Shown here piece by piece: positions 41,106 to 51,412 of a stretch of DNA of 64,000 bases. The stretch comes from a virus. How positions within the stretch are numbered: position 1 is the stretch's first letter; each line of letters opens with the position of its first letter. Location: the IMG/VR virus record IMGVR_UViG_3300045988_179014, positions 32,001-96,000 of that record; one strand, written 5' to 3'. The notes beneath the pieces were generated by a model. The model made no database searches. It saw nothing but the letters and a program-made list of their open reading frames with translations, and was not told where the DNA came from. The position numbers were made by a program, and so were the translations under genes.

Positions 41106-42595
41106 GTAGCGTGCACTTCTTGACTGTCATCAATATCGACGGAAACCGGGGATGCTTCACATTTTCCGGCTTCTTTGTACATGAACCACGACAATGGATT
41201 CCACCCTGGTTGCAATGTGTAAACTGTGAACTCTGGAACCACATCAGCAATGGTCTCACCAGTGTTGTAAATCACGCCCACTGCCTCATTTGTACTGCTC
41301 TCATATTCAAACTGTTGAAATGAAGCAGCTCCTTTGTCTGGTAGGTCGGTTTTGAACGAACCAGGCACAGAGAAATAATTCACCAAAGACAGAAGAATTA
41401 TTAGTGTTACCACTGGAAGAATCATGGCTACACGTTCCAAAGTTTTTGTGGCTTCCAATAATGGTTTCAAAAATTTACCGAAGAAAGGAATCTTGGTTAA
41501 TACTCCCAAAACAGCTTTAACTATTTTGAAAACAAATCCTGTCAGGAAAATATATGGTTTCTTTAGTTTAGCGAGAATCTTCTTGAAAACGTTATTGGTT
41601 TTGTCAGAGTTAGATTTTTGTTTCTTCAATGGTTTTGGCAACTCAGACTTGTCATCATCATGCATGTCAGTTTTGGATTCTTCTGACTCATCATGTATGT
41701 TGTCATATGAAGAAGAGGTATCTGGAATTTCTTCACCTTTCATGTCAGCACGAATCTGAGTTTTTATCAAGGCAATACGGTTTTTGAGACGGTCCATCAA
41801 AGTAGGTTTTGTGTCTACAGGCTCAGAAGATGATGGGATTGCTGTATCGTCATTTTCCGTATTGGAATCTTCCTCCATGTTTTCTGGAGAGTTGTCACCA
41901 TTTTCCGAGATGAAATCAGAAACATCCTCTTCTGTTGTTTCTTCCACAAATTCGTTATCATCAAACTCGGAATCAACAGTTTCTTCATTCAAGAAGTCAT
42001 CTGAATAACTGGGTTCCGTGTTTTCTGCGACAACATCATCCCAGCCAGAAGGATACTCGTTTGGAACAGATTGTGGACTTTCTTCTGTATCAGGTTGCCA
42101 TGAATCAGCTTCACTCAAATCCTCTATATTCTCGGAATCCGCGACATCTCGATTGCTGGAAGTGCCAGTATTGTCATCAATTAGGCTCAAAATGGCTTGA
42201 AGTTCATCTGACTCGTCTTGGTATGTATCATCCAAGACCTCTACAGTGGACCCAAGAGCCTCTGTGGCGCGATTTGAGGGGTTTTCGGGTTTGACCCTAA
42301 GGAAACCTCCATCCAAGCTCTCTGATGGCGTAGAAACCGTCTCAGGGTCAATCTCAAATGGTGTCTCTGTCACATCATCCAATCCCAACAACCGGTCTAG
42401 TTCATCTTCTTCCAAAGCAGATACAGATACCGCTGTCATGGATTCAGTCAGAGGCGGTAATGCTTCCTCTTCCTCAAACTCATTAGAAGACGAATATGAT
42501 GACGAAGGTTTAATTTGTCCCTCATCATCCTCCATCAACAACTCCTCCAATTGGTCCTGTGGGGTTGTCTTGGCATAATTGTGCGGGATGGCCAT
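41054..42595 (-). CDS. Highly acidic low-complexity protein with a C-terminal membrane anchor.
   Basis: 513 aa. Long D/E/S-rich stretches. C-terminal hydrophobic segments FLTGFVFKIVKAVLGVL and MILPVVTLIILLSLV. Confidence 0.45.
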   Translation of the reverse strand: MAIPHNYAKTTPQDQLEELLMEDDEGQIKPSSSYSSSNEFEEEEALPPLTESMTAVSVSALEEDELDRLLGLDDVTETPFEIDPETVSTPSESLDGGFLRVKPENPSNRATEALGSTVEVLDDTYQDESDELQAILSLIDDNTGTSSNRDVADSENIEDLSEADSWQPDTEESPQSVPNEYPSGWDDVVAENTEPSYSDDFLNEETVDSEFDDNEFVEETTEEDVSDFISENGDNSPENMEEDSNTENDDTAIPSSSEPVDTKPTLMDRLKNRIALIKTQIRADMKGEEIPDTSSSYDNIHDESEESKTDMHDDDKSELPKPLKKQKSNSDKTNNVFKKILAKLKKPYIFLTGFVFKIVKAVLGVLTKIPFFGKFLKPLLEATKTLERVAMILPVVTLIILLSLVNYFSVPGSFKTDLPDKGAASFQQFEYESSTNEAVGVIYNTGETIADVVPEFTVYTLQPGWNPLSWFMYKEAGKCEASPVSVDIDDSQEVHATCQVSGGLFPRVSGGLK

Positions 42596-42603
42596 AACAG
42601 TCC

Positions 42604-45360
42604 TTACATTGTGTCAGATAGGATGGAAGGGTCAAAAATACCAAAATCATAATTCTCAACCCCAACATACCGTTCAATAATCTCTTCCACCTTCTGTGTT
42701 TTTCCAGTTCGATATCCAGAATCCACATAGTTCAAGGTTTCAACCGCATCAGTGACCTCATCAGGTGAAGCGGCTATTTCGGCATTGTTGTATGACAGAG
42801 CAGGTGGCCATGTTCTTATCGATTCAGTGTTTTTCTTGGGAGTTCTCTGTTTTCCAACAATATGATTGCTTTCTCCTGCCAGAGTATGTTGTTGTTGAGA
42901 CGTTTTTAATGCGTTTTCAGCATCGACTCTAGGATGACGACCTGCTTTAGCATCTTCATCCATGATGTTCAACGCCGTTTCATACAAAGCAGTGTTGCGT
43001 TCAGACACTTTCCGTAAAGCTCCATACAATGCCACATGAATTGGGAAACGACCTGGAATCTTCTCACCCAAATTTTTTGGAAGTATTTGAGCAAGTTTCT
43101 TCTTCTGTGTTAAATTCTCTTTGGATGTCTTAAAGCGAATCCGAATAGGCATTGTTCCATCATCAGCCAACCGTAACGGACGAAGACTTGTGATTCTGGC
43201 GGAATAGGGATTGTCTCCTTTCCCTGGTCTGAAAGTTATTTCCATGACATAGACTGCGTTGAGTTCCAGTTCATCCAACGGTTTCACAGTATTGTCCAAA
43301 ACCATGGCGCGTGCTTCCTTGGATACATCATTGTCACCAGCTTCATATACTTTACGAATAGTGTCTTGTGCCACTGTCTTGTCCAATCCTTTTACAACAT
43401 CAGGAGACAATCTGGCTGTCATGTAATCCGTTCCATCGTCAATTGACAGTATGAGAGATTTTCCATTACGGTTGCTTTTTTTGACGATTTCAATAATAGA
43501 TGCCGTCAATCTGATACGACTGGTTTTACTGGTTTTCAACAGTTTGGCAATAGTTATTCCTTGGTTGAGTTGTCCGGCATGCTCCAAAGGATGTCCTGTA
43601 AGATACAGACCAACCATGTCCGCCTCTTTTTGAAGTTTGACTGTATGAGGATAATCAGGCCCATCCAAAGGTATCTCTGTTGGGTCGTCTTCTTCCAGCA
43701 TGTCAAACAATGAAGTACCTTTGGAGTTTTTCACTCTGACATCACCCATGAGATTCGTGATTTGCTCCACCACGGCTTTACGGCTGACTCCCATACGGTC
43801 AAATGCTCCTGCCATGGCCAAAGACTCATATACTTTACGATTGGTGAGACCCAATGGCATACAACGGTCCACAAAATTTTGAACAGATGTATATATTCCG
43901 TTTTTCTCACGTTCATCAACAATAATGCTGGCAACCTCATCAGACACATTGCTGACACCGCCGATACCGAACAAAATGTCTTTCCCACTATGATGTGCAA
44001 AATCAGGAGCAACTTTGATACCGGACAGGTTGATGTCAATAGTACCAACACTGATACCCATACGATTTGCTTCACGGAGAAACGAAAGCGTCTTTTTCTT
44101 GTCACCAACATTTTGTGCAATCAGAGCAGCCATGAACTCAATGGGATAGTTGGCTTTCAAATAAGCACTCTGATAAGCATTCATTGCATAAGCGACGGAA
44201 TGGGACTTGTTGAATCCATATTTGGCGAATTCTGCAATAGTGTCCCATAGTACGGAAATAGCCTCTTCTGGATAACCATTTGCCAAAGCCCCTTCAAAGA
44301 ATTTGGGTTTCATGGACATCATCACAGCCATTTTCTTCTTACCCATGGCTTTACGCAGGTCATCACCTTCCTGCAAAGTCATACCTGCAATGTCAGAAGC
44401 AATACGCATAATCTGCTCCTGATAAACACACAAACCAAAAGTATCACCTAGAATTGTTTCCAGAGGAGAATTTTTGAATGCCGGGTGAATGTAATCAATG
44501 TCTTCCCGCCCATTTTTACGGTCAGCATATTTAATGTGTGACAGCATGTGCATGGGTCCAGGTCGTGCCACTGCGGTACATGCAGACAAGTCATTGAAAT
44601 TGGTTGGTTTCATCAGTTTCAGAAGATTCCGGACCATGTCAGAACCAAACTGAAAAACCCCAATAGTGTTAGCATCTTGAAACAATTTATAGGTTTTGGG
44701 GTCATCCATTTTGCCATGAATGATGTCCAACATGTTAGGTGGAGTTTTCCCGGATTTGATGATGTACTCAACACTATGTTGAATAAGGTCTACAGTATCC
44801 AAACCCAGAAAATCCATTTTGATGAGACCCATGTCTTCAAGTTCCGGGTATGTCCATTGTGTGATTACTCGACCATCATCTTGACGCACTTGAAGTGGAA
44901 TGACGTCATGTAAAGGTTCTGATGAAATAATGATTCCACAAGCATGCACCCCAGTGGATTTGTTACGACCTTCAATATTTCGTGCACCTTCAATAATCGG
45001 CTGCCATTCAGGGGTTGATGTTGCTGCACGGAATTCAGCCGCTTCTGTATAACGGTCACTATCAGGATTGTAGATGTCCTCCAAACTGCATTCGACACCT
45101 TCAATGGGCGGGGGAACCAATGCAGCAATTTTCCCGGCCTGAACAAACGGAATGTTGTAAATGTTGCACATGGCTTTGATGGCGCCTTTTGCAGCCAATG
45201 TGCCAAACGTAATGATGTTGCAAACGTTGTCTTTACCATACAGATTCGTGACATACTCAACAGCTTTTTCACGAACAGTAGTGTTGAAATCACTGTCCAC
45301 ATCGGGGTTGGACCCTGCTTTGATGATTTCAATAGACTTGATTTTCTTCGTTGCCACCAT
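42604..45360 (-). CDS. dnaE: DNA polymerase III alpha subunit, polymerase core (C-terminal part of a split DnaE).
   Basis: Starts at the catalytic PDVDSDF (PDIDIDF) motif. Contains GLIKMDFLGLDTV, GFNKSHSVAYA and the fingers/beta-binding regions. Confidence 0.85.
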   Translation of the reverse strand: MVATKKIKSIEIIKAGSNPDVDSDFNTTVREKAVEYVTNLYGKDNVCNIITFGTLAAKGAIKAMCNIYNIPFVQAGKIAALVPPPIEGVECSLEDIYNPDSDRYTEAAEFRAATSTPEWQPIIEGARNIEGRNKSTGVHACGIIISSEPLHDVIPLQVRQDDGRVITQWTYPELEDMGLIKMDFLGLDTVDLIQHSVEYIIKSGKTPPNMLDIIHGKMDDPKTYKLFQDANTIGVFQFGSDMVRNLLKLMKPTNFNDLSACTAVARPGPMHMLSHIKYADRKNGREDIDYIHPAFKNSPLETILGDTFGLCVYQEQIMRIASDIAGMTLQEGDDLRKAMGKKKMAVMMSMKPKFFEGALANGYPEEAISVLWDTIAEFAKYGFNKSHSVAYAMNAYQSAYLKANYPIEFMAALIAQNVGDKKKTLSFLREANRMGISVGTIDINLSGIKVAPDFAHHSGKDILFGIGGVSNVSDEVASIIVDEREKNGIYTSVQNFVDRCMPLGLTNRKVYESLAMAGAFDRMGVSRKAVVEQITNLMGDVRVKNSKGTSLFDMLEEDDPTEIPLDGPDYPHTVKLQKEADMVGLYLTGHPLEHAGQLNQGITIAKLLKTSKTSRIRLTASIIEIVKKSNRNGKSLILSIDDGTDYMTARLSPDVVKGLDKTVAQDTIRKVYEAGDNDVSKEARAMVLDNTVKPLDELELNAVYVMEITFRPGKGDNPYSARITSLRPLRLADDGTMPIRIRFKTSKENLTQKKKLAQILPKNLGEKIPGRFPIHVALYGALRKVSERNTALYETALNIMDEDAKAGRHPRVDAENALKTSQQQHTLAGESNHIVGKQRTPKKNTESIRTWPPALSYNNAEIAASPDEVTDAVETLNYVDSGYRTGKTQKVEEIIERYVGVENYDFGIFDPSILSDTM

Positions 45361-45717
45361 GTAAAAACTCCGATTTGACCGTATTTTATCTACACATTAT
45401 TTTAACAAAGGAGATACAACCTACTATATTGGACTCAACCAAACACTAGACTATAATCAGTATTTAATATACGTCTTATTATAATCAAACTCTCCCAAAC
45501 GAATTTGATACGAAACCATTCATCGTATAAAACAACGAAACACTTCCTTCAATGCCGTTTATATTGATTTATGAACTGTAAAATGTTTTTAGATTGTGAA
45601 GAAGGGTTCCGTATTTATGGTAAATATATTTTTCTAATGCTTGGGAAACTATATGATTTTAGGTGTTTATTAAAATAATAATATAATGTACCCACATTGA
45701 AGTATAATTGTTAATTG

Positions 45718-46815
45718 TTACTCATTGTTGCGTGATTCCATTATTTTTTGAAGTTTGGACAATTTATCCAAACCTTTCACAATTGCAATTTCCAAATGAA
45801 TACGTGAATCTGCTCCGAGAGTCATGTGTCGTAATGACTCGCCGATTTCTTGAGCCATGATTTCAACACCTTTGCGACCAAGAAGCCCTTTTGCAACATT
45901 CTTGAGATTTTTCACAGGAGGAACAGCAACAAGTGTTTTGTCAGCTCCACAAATGAGAAGCAATAAATCACGCAAATCGGAGAACAGCTGCTCAGCCAAA
46001 TCCTGTCCTTCATATCCTTGTGAATGTGCTTCAGCTATCACCTCTAAACAACGACTCAGGTTTCGGGTTCCAAGCGCTTCCAACAGTTCAGCTTCCACAG
46101 GTGTTGCAATGTCTCCAGTGGATAGAATCCCCTCTAAAGCGCTGAGAGCATCACGTACCGAACCTCGCCCCTGTCGTACAGCTTCGTCGATTTGCGCTTG
46201 CTCTACAGCAATGTGTTCCTTCTCAAGAATGCTGACTAGAAAATCCGACATCACATTAGGTGTTACCAGACCAAAACGACGTGCTTGAATACGAGAATGG
46301 ATAGTGTCTGGTACTTTCTCCACTTCTGTTGAACACAAGATGAACAAAGCAGGCATGTCTTTGTCTTCCAGCGGAATCAGTAAAGCGTCAAAAGCGGCTT
46401 TCGACAGATTGTGCACTTCATCCAAAATCCACACTTGTCTTTTTACCGGCGCACTTAACCGAGCGCGTTGAACCAGTGTACGTACATCATCCACAGAACC
46501 GTTATTGGCCATGGAGATATAGTTCACCCCTAATTGGCTCCCTGAATCAATAGCAGTGCAAACATCGCACTGGTTACATGGGTTCCCTTCAGGTTGAATA
46601 TTCAAACAGTTGATTGCTTTGGCCAACAGGAGAGCGCTGGATGTTTTACCAGTGCCTCTAGGCCCAAAAAACCCATAAGCAGTCGGTAGAGCGTTCTTCA
46701 TCACTGCTGCCTGTAAACTGCGTGCTACTTTCTCTTGTCCCACCAAATCGCTCCATACGGCAGGACGGTATTTTTTGTACAACTCAACATGTGTGGACGA
46801 ATCTTGATTAGTCAT
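45718..46815 (-). CDS. dnaX: DNA polymerase III clamp-loader subunit gamma/tau.
   Basis: KYRP motif, Walker A GPRGTGKTS, zinc module CNQCDVCTAI, SRC-like sensor. Confidence 0.9.
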   Translation of the reverse strand: MTNQDSSTHVELYKKYRPAVWSDLVGQEKVARSLQAAVMKNALPTAYGFFGPRGTGKTSSALLLAKAINCLNIQPEGNPCNQCDVCTAIDSGSQLGVNYISMANNGSVDDVRTLVQRARLSAPVKRQVWILDEVHNLSKAAFDALLIPLEDKDMPALFILCSTEVEKVPDTIHSRIQARRFGLVTPNVMSDFLVSILEKEHIAVEQAQIDEAVRQGRGSVRDALSALEGILSTGDIATPVEAELLEALGTRNLSRCLEVIAEAHSQGYEGQDLAEQLFSDLRDLLLLICGADKTLVAVPPVKNLKNVAKGLLGRKGVEIMAQEIGESLRHMTLGADSRIHLEIAIVKGLDKLSKLQKIMESRNNE

Positions 46816-46831
46816 GGTTAAATTCTACCTC

Positions 46832-48322
46832 TCAGGATTCTTCAACTGGAACATCAAAAACTTCGTCACCAACAGACAATTGATGAATATAACGTTTCAC
46901 AGCTTTGGGTTTCCCTTCATCTGTTCGTTTGACCACACCTTTTTGTCCAGACACGATAATTCGTTCACTCGAACCATCTTCATATGTCAGTTGATAGGTG
47001 GCTCCACGTCCAGCCGATAAGAAGCGTTCAAAAATGAGGTCATGTTCAATGGGGTCAATTTCGGAAATTCCCAACTCATATGCGTGAATGGACCCACCAA
47101 TGGACCCACGACCCACACCAATGGAGGATGCCAAGATTTCATCTCCTTTGCCTTTGGTGGAGTATAGGTCACGGGTATGCACCAAATAGTCTCGCACCAC
47201 CAACATGTATCCAATGAAATCTGATGAGTGGATAACTTCAAACTCATGCTTATTGCGACGCATGGCTTCTTCCTGAATTTCTCGTGGTTTCCCGCCATAA
47301 CGTTGCTTGAAACCTTCCTTCAACAGATGACGGTAATATTCCACTTCATCATGGAATTCAGGTGGAATAACTGGTCGCGGTTTCAGATGCGGATTGAAGT
47401 TCAAGCTGATATCTGAAGCCATTTCAGTAATTGCCAACGAATTGGTCAAAGCGTCAGGAAACTCATCAGGTGGAAACAATGCTGCCATTTCTTGAGCTGA
47501 TTTCAGATAGTATTCATCCCCACTGAATGCGAATCGTCGTCCACCTTCATCATAAGTCGCATCAGACATTCGTGAACCAGATTGGACACACAACATTTCT
47601 TCATGTGCTTTGAAGTCTTTCTTGTGCGCATAATGGCAATCATTTGTCACCAACAGAGGCAATTGAAGTTTTCGAGCCATTTCCAATTGTTTTGGCAATA
47701 ATGCTCGTTCCAAATCAATTGGCATGTTGTGGTCCATTATCTCCATGAAAAGTTTGTCTTGGAAAACTTCTTTCAGCTGATTGGCATGGTTGTATGCTTG
47801 TTGGTCTTGTCCCAACAGGAATCTGGTGCTGATTTCTGATGATGGACAGCCTGTTGCCACCACCAATCCTTCAGCATGGTCTGCTAACATGCCAAAATCA
47901 ATTCGTGGTCTCTGGAAAAAATGTGCCGGGTCGTTTGAAAGAGTGGACAGTTTGAACAGATTTGTCAATCCCACATTGTTGTAAGCCCATACTGTAATGT
48001 GAAGATAGGCCCCACCTGCTGACACATCATTGGCCGCCCCGCGTTTACCATTATTGCCATAGAACACAGGTTCCAACAATTTGGCTCCTTCTGGATTCAC
48101 AGGCGCCATGTAAAATTCGCAGCCGGGAACGGGAATCATACCAGCGTCACGTACTTTCTTGATGAATCCATAAAGACCGAACACATTTCCATGGTCTGAT
48201 TGTCCCAACCCACGCATACCAAAATCTGATGCCACTTGAATGTATTCAGAATCCTTGGAATAACCATCCAACATGGAATTATGAGTATGTGTATGAAGTG
48301 AAACATATTCTGGTTCAGTCAT
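46832..48322 (-). CDS. dnaE: DNA polymerase III alpha subunit, N-terminal part (PHP domain plus start of palm), split from the core.
   Basis: PHP signature VSLHTHTHNSMLDGY. GVGRGSIGGSIHAYELGISEIDPIEHDLIFERFL matches the DnaE palm entry. It ends just before the position of the PDIDIDF motif that opens ORF 42604..45360. Confidence 0.8.
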   Translation of the reverse strand: MTEPEYVSLHTHTHNSMLDGYSKDSEYIQVASDFGMRGLGQSDHGNVFGLYGFIKKVRDAGMIPVPGCEFYMAPVNPEGAKLLEPVFYGNNGKRGAANDVSAGGAYLHITVWAYNNVGLTNLFKLSTLSNDPAHFFQRPRIDFGMLADHAEGLVVATGCPSSEISTRFLLGQDQQAYNHANQLKEVFQDKLFMEIMDHNMPIDLERALLPKQLEMARKLQLPLLVTNDCHYAHKKDFKAHEEMLCVQSGSRMSDATYDEGGRRFAFSGDEYYLKSAQEMAALFPPDEFPDALTNSLAITEMASDISLNFNPHLKPRPVIPPEFHDEVEYYRHLLKEGFKQRYGGKPREIQEEAMRRNKHEFEVIHSSDFIGYMLVVRDYLVHTRDLYSTKGKGDEILASSIGVGRGSIGGSIHAYELGISEIDPIEHDLIFERFLSAGRGATYQLTYEDGSSERIIVSGQKGVVKRTDEGKPKAVKRYIHQLSVGDEVFDVPVEES

Positions 48323-49544
48323 CAGTCAAAGACCCTTCTTCTGTCATGTTGGAATCATTCTCAGATGAATCATTATAATCTGAATTGTCTGATTCATCCA
48401 ATTCGTCATCACTCTTATTTGTCTTGCCAATACGAGCTAACGCCAAGTATTGTTTATCACTGATGGGATGAACAAATGGAGACAATTCACCATCGATGAT
48501 AGACAACAAATCCTCAGTTTTTTCATCATTCCCTGACAGCAATACTTTGGCTTTAATCAAACCAACTGGTAGTTTCTTCTTGGTGTCAGGTAAACCAGCG
48601 CCAATGATTCGTATTTTGTCTCGTGACCCTGATTTGTTTCTCATATCTAGTAGTACTGGAGTAATTTGCGCCCCACGTGCTCGCCAGAGAGGAGCTTTCT
48701 TCAACGCAAGATGTAATAACCATGGATTGATGTTTTTCCCTTTGTACCCAAGTGAATCATTTTTACGGCCAATGGTTCCAAAGGCTTCATCCATGCGAAC
48801 AGGGTGAAGTAAATAAGCTCTGTCACGCCATACCAGGACTGAACCTGATTCCTCGTCATCACGTAATACCATGGATTCCCAACCGGCTAGTTCAGCCCCA
48901 CGAATAATGGTTTCCGCCAAAGTGTCATCCAATACATTTGTTGGCATGTCAATTGTTTTGAATCTGGTTTTACGGGTCAATTTGTAGAAAAACAAAAAGA
49001 CCATCAAGGCCACTGGAATCCCCAGCAATGCACTCCATATGACCGGAACTCTAAAAGCAATCATGATGTATGCACTGGTGAAACCCAAGGTAGTAGCTAT
49101 TCCAATGGTTCCCCAACGACTGACACCACTAGCCATGAGATAGCTGAGAGACATCAGGAAGAAAAAACAGAACAAAGTAGCGGTCATCCAAACCAGACCA
49201 CCACCTGTACGAGGTTCCACGATACTGCCAATCTGGAATCCCCATGTTGATAGAAACAATGTAAGAATACCAACAAACAATACTTTGATAATCACTCGTG
49301 CATTCATGAAAATGAACACAATGGCGCAAAAAGCCAACACGGATAAAACAGATACCCACCAATTACCTGGATTGTCAACAAGAGTGATACCAGAAACAAG
49401 AATGAGCGCAATGGCGAACACAGTCAACAAGCTTCCATTGGCTTTTATTGTGTCCAAAACCGTGTCCACCCAAATGGGGCGCTGAACATGAGAAGATGAT
49501 TCGGTAATTGGTCTTTTTGTCATATTTTCTCCGTTATTCTTCAT
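48315..49544 (-). CDS. Polytopic membrane protein with a cytoplasmic C-terminal domain and acidic tail.
   Basis: At least six hydrophobic helices in the N-terminal 200 aa. C-terminus DDELDESDNSDYNDSSEND. Confidence 0.45.
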   Translation of the reverse strand: MKNNGENMTKRPITESSSHVQRPIWVDTVLDTIKANGSLLTVFAIALILVSGITLVDNPGNWWVSVLSVLAFCAIVFIFMNARVIIKVLFVGILTLFLSTWGFQIGSIVEPRTGGGLVWMTATLFCFFFLMSLSYLMASGVSRWGTIGIATTLGFTSAYIMIAFRVPVIWSALLGIPVALMVFLFFYKLTRKTRFKTIDMPTNVLDDTLAETIIRGAELAGWESMVLRDDEESGSVLVWRDRAYLLHPVRMDEAFGTIGRKNDSLGYKGKNINPWLLHLALKKAPLWRARGAQITPVLLDMRNKSGSRDKIRIIGAGLPDTKKKLPVGLIKAKVLLSGNDEKTEDLLSIIDGELSPFVHPISDKQYLALARIGKTNKSDDELDESDNSDYNDSSENDSNMTEEGSLTDD

Positions 49545-49605
49545 AATGGCATTTTAACTCTTGGTTCCAGGGAAGAAACATCTGGTCCACTGAAATCAAA
49601 CCCAG

Positions 49606-51360
49606 TTATAGCATGTCTTGATGGAAACGTGTATAAACATGTTTGACTTTACCCGAATCCCAAACTTTGCTCAAACCGTTCAATTCCGCCAATTCAGATT
49701 CGGTCAAATCATCCTGCCACAACAATTCCGGGTCCTTCATGAAACGCTGTTTACGGAAATTGAACTTGTGATATCGCGTGTTGCCATAAATGTAGCAATA
49801 GTCTGGTGGCAATTCTTTCTCAACCACAAACCCAGTCATGGTGTAAAGTTTTCCATCACTGATTTCATTGTCACTGAAAGTTTCCACAATGGATACATCA
49901 GGGTTCAATTCAAGAAAAGCGTGCAACAGTTTACTGAACCCACCAGGAATAATTCGTGATGTACAAAAACGGTGAAGAACAACAGTGCCTTGTTTGCCTT
50001 GTCGTGGGGAGAGTAACATAACTGCGACCAATTCTTCATCCGCGAACAAACCAAGATTATGTTTAGCTCCCACCCCTCCCTGTATGTGATGAGAGATGCA
50101 AAATTCTTTAGCCATAGAACTCTTGATTGTTTCCACATGACATTTTCGAGCACCCGTTTTAGGTAGTGAAGACAATCCTAGTTTCGTCAGTATCATTTGT
50201 TTCACAATTTCAGGATGTTGCTGCCAGTCATCTTCCCAGATTTGCAACAATTGGATTCCCGTTTTTCTGCATTCTCTCCATTTGTTGTAATGGTACCATT
50301 TGGTTTTTCCAGCGGTCTCAGAATGCCAATATAATCCATTGTATTCAATAGCAACATTGAAATCAGGTAAAAATATGTCCAGTTCTTTCCCGGACAGCAA
50401 TTTACGGTCATGACGAACCATAACACTGCCAGATGGAAGATGGGTTTGAATGAAATCCGCTATCTCGTCTTCGCCTTGGGAGCTTTGAGGATAACATTGA
50501 GGACATCGGGACTGATTTATGGTTCGATGAAAAATCAATGATTCCCATTCATGTCCTTGTTCGCACACCCAGCTACCACGCACACAGGAAGAAGGTAGAT
50601 AATTACTCAAAGGGTGGGAATTTTTAGTAGACCATTCAGCTGCTAAATGAGGGAACAATGAAGCTGCATCCGTTTTTCCGGGGTCTGCTTTGATTCCTCG
50701 ACAGTATGGACAAGCATCAATCATTTTGGTAGCAATACGTTGGTGAAGGCTGTATTGCCAACGATGGTTGCTATTTTTGCGACAAACCCATTCAACTTGT
50801 GTACGATACTCTGGTAAAGGCGACGCCCAAATTGTTTCAACAGGCCAAGGGTTTTCTGGTGAATATTCTTCTGCTATTTCAGGATATACGCTTTTCAGGT
50901 CATTTATACCAGTGACTTTCTTGTGTTTACTGCATAAAGGGCATCGACGACCCAACAGTATCAAAGCTTTTGGGGTTTGAGAATATTCATGACCTTGAGC
51001 ACATTGTAGTAAAAACCTCTGTGAACGATTTCCACGTGATACTTTACTAGGGTCCAACATATTATTTGGGTGAAGCAACGGAAGAATGTCAGGGTCAGTG
51101 GTGGCAACATCATTGAATCCTGTCAAAACGCGTCGTCCAGAACAATACGGGCACCCCAACCCTCTGTTGATTCTTAATCCCACAATCATGTCATATGAGT
51201 GGCCTCGCGGACATATCCATGCACATGTCTTACTGCTCCCAACCGATTCAGGGTCAATTGATTGTTCAGGGTCCCATTCTGACCAAACTTCTGGGTAGTC
51301 TTTGGGAAGATTGACAGGTTTGCTAGGCATGAAAAAACCTCCGATACAACGCTTAAACAT
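49606..51360 (-). CDS. Zinc-ribbon repeat protein with a C-terminal restriction-endonuclease-like (DUF559/Vsr-like) domain. Homing-endonuclease-like.
   Basis: Repeated W..EW....N....GH.W.......CP.C modules (CPYCSGRRV, CPLCSKHK, CPYCRG, CPQCY). Then ELDIFLPDFNVAIEYNGLYWH...IQLLQIWEDDW, resembling a PD-(D/E)XK DUF559 core. Confidence 0.5.
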   Translation of the reverse strand: MFKRCIGGFFMPSKPVNLPKDYPEVWSEWDPEQSIDPESVGSSKTCAWICPRGHSYDMIVGLRINRGLGCPYCSGRRVLTGFNDVATTDPDILPLLHPNNMLDPSKVSRGNRSQRFLLQCAQGHEYSQTPKALILLGRRCPLCSKHKKVTGINDLKSVYPEIAEEYSPENPWPVETIWASPLPEYRTQVEWVCRKNSNHRWQYSLHQRIATKMIDACPYCRGIKADPGKTDAASLFPHLAAEWSTKNSHPLSNYLPSSCVRGSWVCEQGHEWESLIFHRTINQSRCPQCYPQSSQGEDEIADFIQTHLPSGSVMVRHDRKLLSGKELDIFLPDFNVAIEYNGLYWHSETAGKTKWYHYNKWRECRKTGIQLLQIWEDDWQQHPEIVKQMILTKLGLSSLPKTGARKCHVETIKSSMAKEFCISHHIQGGVGAKHNLGLFADEELVAVMLLSPRQGKQGTVVLHRFCTSRIIPGGFSKLLHAFLELNPDVSIVETFSDNEISDGKLYTMTGFVVEKELPPDYCYIYGNTRYHKFNFRKQRFMKDPELLWQDDLTESELAELNGLSKVWDSGKVKHVYTRFHQDML

Positions 51361-51376
51361 TATACCGGAGGGTTCG

Positions 51377-51412
51377 TGGAGCTGACGGGATTCGAACCCG
51401 TGTCTTGACAGT
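51377..51412 (-). other. tRNA 3'-end fragment (T-arm plus acceptor 3' strand) with no matching 5' half.
   Basis: Minus strand reads ACGGGTTCGAATCCCGTCAGCTCCA. No complementary GGAGCTG within 150 nt. A 9-bp hairpin lies next to it at 51441-51482. Confidence 0.4.

Noticed and set aside
45300-46900. Intein or split intein explaining the DnaE split.
   Set aside because: No intein blocks (no Cys/Ser +1 at the N-extein boundary, no TxxH, no terminal HN). The residue following the putative junction is Pro. The intervening sequence is a complete dnaX gene plus an AT-rich spacer.
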